From Nanobdellota archaeon (GTDB lineage: Archaea > Nanobdellota > Nanobdellia > Woesearchaeales > GW2011-AR9), in contig JBBSWG010000014.1 in NCBI GenBank assembly GCA_038046425.1, positions 1 to 49,081 of the forward strand: a DNA stretch of 49,081 bases, in the 5' to 3' direction. Below, piece by piece: positions 43,955 to 49,081 of this stretch (position 1 is the first letter of the stretch; each line of letters starts with the position of its first letter). The notes under the pieces are model-generated. The model made no database searches and was not told the origin of the DNA. It saw nothing but the letters and a program-made list of their open reading frames with translations. A program made the translations under genes and the position numbers.

Positions 43955-44398
43955 TTACCAGCCCTTACAGCATTCAATCAAGCGCTTCACTTTCCCCTGA
44001 AAAGCCGGCTTTTCCCGGTACAGATACAGCAGAATATGCCCCCACCATAAAAAGGTTAGGAAAACCAGAATCTTTAAGAATTCCGGAGGAAACTGCAGCA
44101 GGCTATATGCCCCCAGAGTTAAAGTTAGCAGAAAAGGCAGGCGAAATAAAGTCAGTTCTTCTTTAACTTTCTTTTCCACCAGATAAAATATTCCCACTAC
44201 GGTCTGCCCCAGCAGCAACGCCAGCAGCACCAGATTATTAAACCATCCCATTTTATACAGCAGCAGGAGAACCACCCAGCTTACCGTTATGGCCGTGCAG
44301 AGCACACAGCCGCGGACAGAAAAGAGGCTCTTCACCAGCAAAAAAATAAAGAAGAGAGCAGTAATCCCCAGCAAGACCGTAAACACCGTTATTTCCAT
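43955..44398 (-). CDS. four-TM membrane protein with an intramembrane CxxC
   Basis: 147 aa. VRGCVLCTAI lies at a helix start and there is a C-terminal IECCKGW. It may be DsbB/VKOR-like, but this is unproven. Confidence 0.4.
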   Translation of the reverse strand: MEITVFTVLLGITALFFIFLLVKSLFSVRGCVLCTAITVSWVVLLLLYKMGWFNNLVLLALLLGQTVVGIFYLVEKKVKEELTLFRLPFLLTLTLGAYSLLQFPPEFLKILVFLTFLWWGHILLYLYREKPAFQGKVKRLIECCKGW

Positions 44399-44445
44399 GT
44401 TAATCGTTAATATCTCTGTTGATTTATTTTTTAAGTCAATCTATT

Positions 44446-45000
44446 TTAATAGATAGTTATCCCGGCAAATTGTAAGAGCAATCCCGCCATCAGGAGCAGG
44501 GCAAAGGTTAACAGCACGCCCTGAAACGGCAGCATTTTACCGCTGCGCCAGAGCGTGATGCGATGGCTGAAAGCCGGGGCAACTGAAACGATACTGCCGC
44601 CTAATAAGCTGCCTAGCAGAAAGCTGGAAAAGAGATACGTTCGGTTAAGCACGGAGCCGTACGTTCCCAGCAGAGATAGGGAAAAAGGGATAGTCCCTTT
44701 CATCAAGGGCAGAAGGGGAATTACGGTAAGCAGGAATGAAAGCAGGATCAGCAGCAGTTTTTGGCCGGGAAAATACCGGCGATACTTTTTCTCAATGAGG
44801 TTAGCGACCCACCAGCCGGTTACTACCGCAAATGCTCCAACCAACAACCCTATCACCAGGACATTTACGCCCAGCCATAAGGCTCCCCCGGCAGCTACGG
44901 CTACACCGGCGGTGCATAACGGGCAGTGGGCCTGCACGAAAGGTACCAGGAGTACCAACGCTGTAAGTGCCAGTACCGCTATGATAAAGCTTTTCTTCAT
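44446..45000 (-). CDS. polytopic membrane protein with an N-terminal CxxC
   Basis: 184 aa. After the signal comes AHCPLCTAG, followed by 5-6 hydrophobic helices. Confidence 0.4.
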   Translation of the reverse strand: MKKSFIIAVLALTALVLLVPFVQAHCPLCTAGVAVAAGGALWLGVNVLVIGLLVGAFAVVTGWWVANLIEKKYRRYFPGQKLLLILLSFLLTVIPLLPLMKGTIPFSLSLLGTYGSVLNRTYLFSSFLLGSLLGGSIVSVAPAFSHRITLWRSGKMLPFQGVLLTFALLLMAGLLLQFAGITIY

Positions 45001-45012
45001 ATTTTCATATCT

Positions 45013-45510
45013 TCATATTTTCATAAACTCCGTGATGCTGCCATCTTTACCGACAGCATAAATTGTCCAGCGGCCTTGCTTGCTTCCGGGCATCCCCGGC
45101 GAGCCCGAAGGCATGCCTGGTAAGGCAATACCAGCAATATCTGGTTTTTCTGCCATTAACTTGACGATTGCTTCCGTTGGCATATGCCCTTCCACGAAAT
45201 AGTTTCCAATAACGGAAGTATGGCAGCTTTGCATTTGCTGCGGGATATGGTATTTATCTTTAACGGGGGAAAGATCATCCACTTGGTTTACAGTTACAGC
45301 ATAATCATTCTTTTCCATATACCTCAGGTACAAGTCGCAGCAGCCACAGCTTTGGGATTTAAAGAGTGTTACCTGACTGGCGGCAACATTAGCAGTATCA
45401 GTGGTAGTATCAGGAGTAGCCGCTTTTTTGGAACAGCCAGCCAGTACCAGGACTGCCAGAAGAAAGAAAAGCACGACGTACCATTTCAGCTTATTTAGTT
45501 TCATAGTCAA
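45013..45510 (-). CDS. DUF411 (CopG-type) metal-binding protein, lipobox-anchored
   Basis: The signal ends in LAGC-S. The family blocks SCGCCDLY, SCHTSVIGNYFVEGHMP and GIALPGMPSGSPGM are present. Confidence 0.8.
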   Translation of the reverse strand: MTMKLNKLKWYVVLFFLLAVLVLAGCSKKAATPDTTTDTANVAASQVTLFKSQSCGCCDLYLRYMEKNDYAVTVNQVDDLSPVKDKYHIPQQMQSCHTSVIGNYFVEGHMPTEAIVKLMAEKPDIAGIALPGMPSGSPGMPGSKQGRWTIYAVGKDGSITEFMKI

Positions 45511-45965
45511 CAGCCTCCCACCATTGCTGGTAAAGTTTCCAATTTCTCATTTCCGTTTTTAGCATTTTTATTCTCAGACTGCACGTTCACCTTTCCGGCT
45601 GGCAGTCTCGCCGGCAAGGTACCATGATGCTCATACATCATCTTTTCATTTTCCGTCCAGCTGGACATATCTAATCCCGTACTTAATCCCGTACTGCCGG
45701 TGTTACTGCCGGCGCTGGCCACTTTTCCAGCTAGCTGGTTAACCTGCTTATTCAGCGAACTGAGCTGAAAAGACTGCAGGACCGAAAAGATCAAGACCAT
45801 GCCTACCGCAATAACCAGAAGATAGCTTAAAGCTTTTCCCGGTTCCTTCTTCCCTATATTTCTCTCCGAATTGTTCTCTGAATCCCTTTTCTCTAAACTT
45901 TTCTCTAAAGGCAAATGCTGTCGGGATATTTTCTCACCGGATATTTTTTCGCTTTCCATAGCCAT
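45507..45965 (-). CDS. hypothetical single-TM protein
   Basis: 152 aa with a charged N-terminus, one TM helix and a C-terminal ...MVGGC. It overlaps the next gene by 4 nt. Confidence 0.45.
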   Translation of the reverse strand: MAMESEKISGEKISRQHLPLEKSLEKRDSENNSERNIGKKEPGKALSYLLVIAVGMVLIFSVLQSFQLSSLNKQVNQLAGKVASAGSNTGSTGLSTGLDMSSWTENEKMMYEHHGTLPARLPAGKVNVQSENKNAKNGNEKLETLPAMVGGC

Positions 45966-46243
45966 CCTCCCCCTGATTGAATATTATATCTCTATTATAT
46001 CTCTAAACACCATGCTCAATGCCCCGATACTTGTTGCTGGCCAGGTTAAGGTAATTGGGTTCTATCAGGTAATTGGATCCTATCCCTTTTTCCCGCTAAG
46101 GGAATGAAACCGCTTAATAAACTGCTGGTGAAACTGGTTTCGGGGAAGAGGTACGAGTCCATTTACCACCCTTATCAGAAGATAGTTTCATTAAGCTTAT
46201 AACGAGCCAAAATCAACTCTTATCACTTGCCGCTGGAAGGAAA

Positions 46244-46870
46244 ATGTCACTGGAAGGAAAACTTAGTGGATTTATGGATAAATTTAATGACAGATTTAAT
46301 AGATCGTTAAGCCGTTCTGGTGCTGCTTATTCCCTGGCTGTTGGCCTGGCTCTGGGCGTGGCCTTCTCTGGTTGTGCGCCGAAGGATGAAGGGGAGAACG
46401 AGAACACTATCCAGCGCTATAACTGCGCTATGAATGAATGTCTTCCTGACCCAAATGGGCCGTATGCAGTTTCAGACTGTAATAATGAATGTGGTGGGGC
46501 AGGTAACGGAGATGGTGGTAACGGGCAGCAGATGGATTACCTAAGGGCTACGAAAGATGGAGTTCCGATATGTCCTTTGGGGTGGACTCAAGGTATCAAT
46601 GCATACGCAACAGGTGGGAGCATAATTGTAGGTGGCAATTGTGTTGGTGATCATATCCAGATGGAATTTGGGCCTACTCCCTCACCAGGTGGTTCGGCTC
46701 CTTGTCTTTGGATATTACAAAAAGCCTTCCCGGATGGTCAATGTCCTTCACTTGAACTCCTTTCCGGCCAGGCTACTGTTACTGGCAGCACCGGTTCCTT
46801 TCGTGTTGCCGGCAACTGTTCTTGTGATCCCTATTCTGCCGAATTTAGTTTGCCATTAAGCGTGCTGTAG
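46244..46870 (+). CDS. secreted Cys-rich protein with a lipobox-like signal
   Basis: 208 aa. The signal ends in AFSGC-A and is followed by multiple Cys pairs. No family recognised. Confidence 0.5.
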   Translation: MSLEGKLSGFMDKFNDRFNRSLSRSGAAYSLAVGLALGVAFSGCAPKDEGENENTIQRYNCAMNECLPDPNGPYAVSDCNNECGGAGNGDGGNGQQMDYLRATKDGVPICPLGWTQGINAYATGGSIIVGGNCVGDHIQMEFGPTPSPGGSAPCLWILQKAFPDGQCPSLELLSGQATVTGSTGSFRVAGNCSCDPYSAEFSLPLSVL

Positions 46871-46947
46871 GTTTAAGAGAATTCTCGGTTTTTTAGATTA
46901 ACTTTTTATTTTTGCTTCATCTTCACTTCAGTAATACTTCACTATTC

Positions 46948-47083
46948 TGAAGCATGACCAGCATCCTAAGGTCAAAACTCCTGCGGGTTTAGAAGCAGGC
47001 GCGTCGCGGGGGGTTGCCCCCTATGGGGACGCAGCGCCTTTCGAGAACACATCAAGAGTTTTGAAGATGCTGGTCATGCTTCA
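46948..47083. repeat. 136-nt long palindromic element, family B
   Basis: The perfect 18-bp arms are TGAAGCATGACCAGCATC (46948-46965) and GATGCTGGTCATGCTTCA (47066-47083). Inner stems are TCAAAACTC/GAGTTTTGA and GGCGC/GCGCC. The core GCGGGGGGTTGCCCCCTATGGGGAC (47006-47030) is related to the family A core. Confidence 0.75.
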
Positions 47084-47086
47084 CGG

Positions 47087-47311
47087 GAAGCGGGGAGAGC
47101 ACCAGCCTCGCTCTGCGTTTCTTCTACCTCAGTGCGGCACCTCCCCGTAAGGGACAACCCCCTCCGCAACCGATATCAACTCCGCTTGTATCGCTCGGGT
47201 AACGAAGGACACAAATATTTATACCGATTAGTTGTGTCCTTCGAATATAATAAGTGACTATTGGTATAATTATTAGGGTCACTTATTATAAATTGGTGCT
47301 CTCCCAGCTTC
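47087..47311 (+). repeat. family A copy 2, carrying an insertion of about 94 nt
   Basis: GAAGCGGGGAGAGCACCA (47087-47104) pairs with TTGGTGCTCTCCCAGCTTC (47293-47311). The core at 47131-47173 is identical to the reverse complement of 2472-2514. Extra AT-rich hairpins lie at 47203-47243 and 47252-47284. Confidence 0.8.
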
Positions 47312-47374
47312 AGGATAGTGAAGTATTACGTAAAAAGTTAACTTTTAAAAATACCACCCTTTTTTACCGCTCTG

Positions 47375-48634
47375 ATGATTTCCTCCAACCAAGACCAGAC
47401 CTTCAACCAAGACCGGACTTCATTCATTCCATCCCCTCGTTCTGCTAACCACTACCATTCCTACAACTACGGCGAACTTCCGCAGGGCTGCCAGTACTGC
47501 GTCCGCGGCGAGAAGTTGGTCTATTTTGTTACCGGGCTCTGCCCACGGAAATGCTCTTTCTGTCCGGTTTCCGATGAGAAATTCGGGCAGGATATCACTT
47601 TTGCCAATGAGCGGAAAGTATTCAGTGAGCAGGAGCTTCTGCTGGAGGCGAACGTAATGACGGCCAAAGGAGCCGGTATTACCGGTGGCGATCCGCTGGC
47701 ACGGCTTCCTCGCACCATTGCATTCATCCGGCTGATGAAGCAACAGTACGGAAAACAGTTTCATATCCATCTTTACACTTCGCTTAATTTAGTTACGGAG
47801 CAGGCTTTGCAGCAGCTTTACGATGCCGGGTTAGATGAAATCCGTTTCCATTTAGATTTAGAGTCGGAACAATTCTGGTCCAGGCTGCTGCTGGCTAAAA
47901 AATTCCCCTGGAAAATAGGCGTAGAGTTGCCCGTCATCCCGGGCCAGGAACCAGAACAGAAAAAAGTTATCAATTATATCCACGGTAACATTGATTTTCT
48001 GGTGTTAAATGAGTTAGAGGTGGCGGATAACCGCCAATCTACCCTGTTGCAGCAGGGCTTTACGACTAAAGACCAGTGGAGTTATGCGGTAAAAGGCTCT
48101 TTGGAGGCAGGACAGGAATTATTAGATTATATCCAACGGCAAGGCTATTCTTTCTCAGCGCATCTTTGTACCGCCCGACTTAAAGATAAGGTGCAGCTGG
48201 GTAATCGGCTAAGACGGGAAGCACAGGGAGCCAGAAAAAAGTTTGATCAGGTAGATGAAGAAGGCCTGCTTACGAGGGGAGCGTTATATCTGCCGGAGCT
48301 GGTGCCGGGCTTTGGCTATCGGAAGAAGTTAGAAGCCTGTAATAAGTTAGAAGCTAGTAATAAGTTTAATAAGCCCGAACTTCTGGAAAGATTACGCTCT
48401 TTGCTCTCGATGATAAAAGAGGATTGCCGATTGACGAACGAGGAGATCTTTTTGGACAGGGAAAAGCCCCGAATTCTGCTTTCGGCGAAGAAAATCAAGC
48501 CGCTGCAGAAGAAGTTCCGCCGGTGGGGATTGATTCCGGCCATCGTCAAGGAATATCCGACGGCGGATCAGTTAGAGATAGAGGTGGAATTGTTTGGGGG
48601 AGACGGGGTTGGAGGGAGACGGAGTTGGAACTAG
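47375..48634 (+). CDS. radical SAM protein (PflA-related, COG2108-like)
   Basis: CxxxCxxC in GLCPRKCSFCP, preceded by CQYC. A TATA-like CTTTTAAAAATA lies about 25-30 nt upstream of the ATG. Confidence 0.75.
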   Translation: MISSNQDQTFNQDRTSFIPSPRSANHYHSYNYGELPQGCQYCVRGEKLVYFVTGLCPRKCSFCPVSDEKFGQDITFANERKVFSEQELLLEANVMTAKGAGITGGDPLARLPRTIAFIRLMKQQYGKQFHIHLYTSLNLVTEQALQQLYDAGLDEIRFHLDLESEQFWSRLLLAKKFPWKIGVELPVIPGQEPEQKKVINYIHGNIDFLVLNELEVADNRQSTLLQQGFTTKDQWSYAVKGSLEAGQELLDYIQRQGYSFSAHLCTARLKDKVQLGNRLRREAQGARKKFDQVDEEGLLTRGALYLPELVPGFGYRKKLEACNKLEASNKFNKPELLERLRSLLSMIKEDCRLTNEEIFLDREKPRILLSAKKIKPLQKKFRRWGLIPAIVKEYPTADQLEIEVELFGGDGVGGRRSWN

Positions 48635-48682
48635 AAGTCTTTAAATAAGAGTTTTGTTATGGTACGATAAAAGAGGCGCCTG

Positions 48683-49081
48683 GTGAAAAGAACAATAATT
48701 TTTATAACTTTGGCTTATCTTTCAATTCTTTCTGGAGTTACTCTGGCGCAGCCAGTTGATTCTCCCTGGCCCACCTTCCATGGAAGTGCCCAGCATGGGG
48801 GCCAGAGCAGATATGACACTTCACCTATTGATGGCACGATCAAATGGGCTTTTGAGGCTGGGGGTGCCATTGAATCCAGCCCGGTTATTGATAAGAACGG
48901 AACGATTTATTTTGGTGCCCATGATGGGTTGTTATACGCTCTTAACCCTGATGGAACTTTGAAGTGGACTTTTGCTGCCGGACCATCAGTATATGATAAT
49001 CGGTGGAAAGTAGCCAAATCAATGATGGCTACGCCGGCTATTGCTAAAGGGGGGACAATTTATATTTATTCTTCGGCTAAC
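48683..49081 (+). CDS. secreted PQQ-like beta-propeller repeat protein, 5' part running off the window
   Basis: GTG 48683 opens a frame to the window end: VKRTIIFITLAYLSILSGVTLAQP..., then repeats such as SSPVIDKNGTIYFGAHDGLLYALNPDGTLKW. The 48756-48962 track ORF is in another frame. Confidence 0.6.
   Translation, partial: MKRTIIFITLAYLSILSGVTLAQPVDSPWPTFHGSAQHGGQSRYDTSPIDGTIKWAFEAGGAIESSPVIDKNGTIYFGAHDGLLYALNPDGTLKWTFAAGPSVYDNRWKVAKSMMATPAIAKGGTIYIYSSAN

Larger units (their letters stand above)
46931..47329 (+). ncRNA. composite roughly 400-nt structured locus closed by a 23-bp stem (candidate novel ncRNA or nested MITEs)
   Basis: GTAATACTTCACTATTCTGAAGC (46931-46953) pairs with GCTTCAGGATAGTGAAGTATTAC (47307-47329). 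The single non-Watson-Crick position is a G.U only in the plus-strand sense. The stem encloses two long hairpin elements. Confidence 0.4.

Noticed and set aside
46931-47329. The possibility that the composite structured locus is the SRP (7S) RNA or RNase P RNA gene.
   Set aside because: I could not find the helix-8 signature (GGAA-type tetraloop flanked by the AGG/AGCA loops) or the RNase P CR-I/CR-V blocks (GAGGAAAGUCC, ACAGAA-type). One sub-element is also duplicated at 2.4 kb, which does not fit a single-copy housekeeping RNA. A covariance-model search should still be run.
47254-47448. A 64-aa plus-strand ORF bridging the repeat locus and the radical SAM gene.
   Set aside because: It starts inside the AT-rich hairpin insert, crosses the closing stem and promoter region, and is out of frame with the radical SAM CDS.
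48756-48962. A 68-aa ORF from the track near the window end.
   Set aside because: It is out of frame with the open GTG-initiated frame at 48683-49081, which has a signal peptide and PQQ-like beta-propeller repeats.

Overview
This is an archaeal chromosomal window. The assignment rests on TBP, MCM, Orc1/Cdc6, both PolD subunits, Rpp30, a DRG GTPase, and two tRNA genes that each appear to carry two introns. Gene content, many secreted Cys-rich proteins and one giant surface protein would fit a small-genome uncultivated archaeon (DPANN-like), but the lineage cannot be assigned from this window.

Layout:
- 0.5-5 kb: a tRNA-modification and sulfur-relay neighbourhood with Rpp30, a ThiS-like protein ending in GG, an NcsA/TtuA-type thiolase, a UbaA/ThiF-type E1, and a ThiI-like protein with a destroyed PP-loop.
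- 5-17 kb: a replication island with TBP, MCM, an RPA-like OB protein, an extremely AT-rich origin bracketed by two inverted ORB boxes, orc1/cdc6, and PolD DP1 and DP2.
- 17-27 kb: a minus-strand operon encoding a 2110-aa Cys-rich surface giant plus four or five small proteins with pilin-like N-termini.
- 27-34 kb: an accessory-looking island bounded by two paralogous double-zinc-ribbon genes. It holds an IS630-type transposase remnant, secreted or lipobox proteins and tRNA-Arg.
- 34-41 kb: housekeeping genes, namely tRNA-Cys, a truncated NFACT/RqcH-like protein, DRG, an AsnB-Dph6 fusion, a RibL-like protein, peroxiredoxin and SOD.
- 42-46 kb: a minus-strand cluster of two methyltransferases, DUF302, CxxC membrane proteins and DUF411.
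- 46-49 kb: a secreted Cys-rich protein, a roughly 400-nt composite structured repeat locus, a radical SAM gene and a partial PQQ-like beta-propeller gene.

The least explained signal is a set of at least four families of intergenic long-palindrome or hairpin repeats. They lie at 2.4, 9.1, 31.6, 34.1-34.3, 39.4, 41.3 and 46.9-47.3 kb. Some are nested in each other, and one pair shows a compensatory stem change.

All functional calls come from motif recognition by eye. No searches were run.
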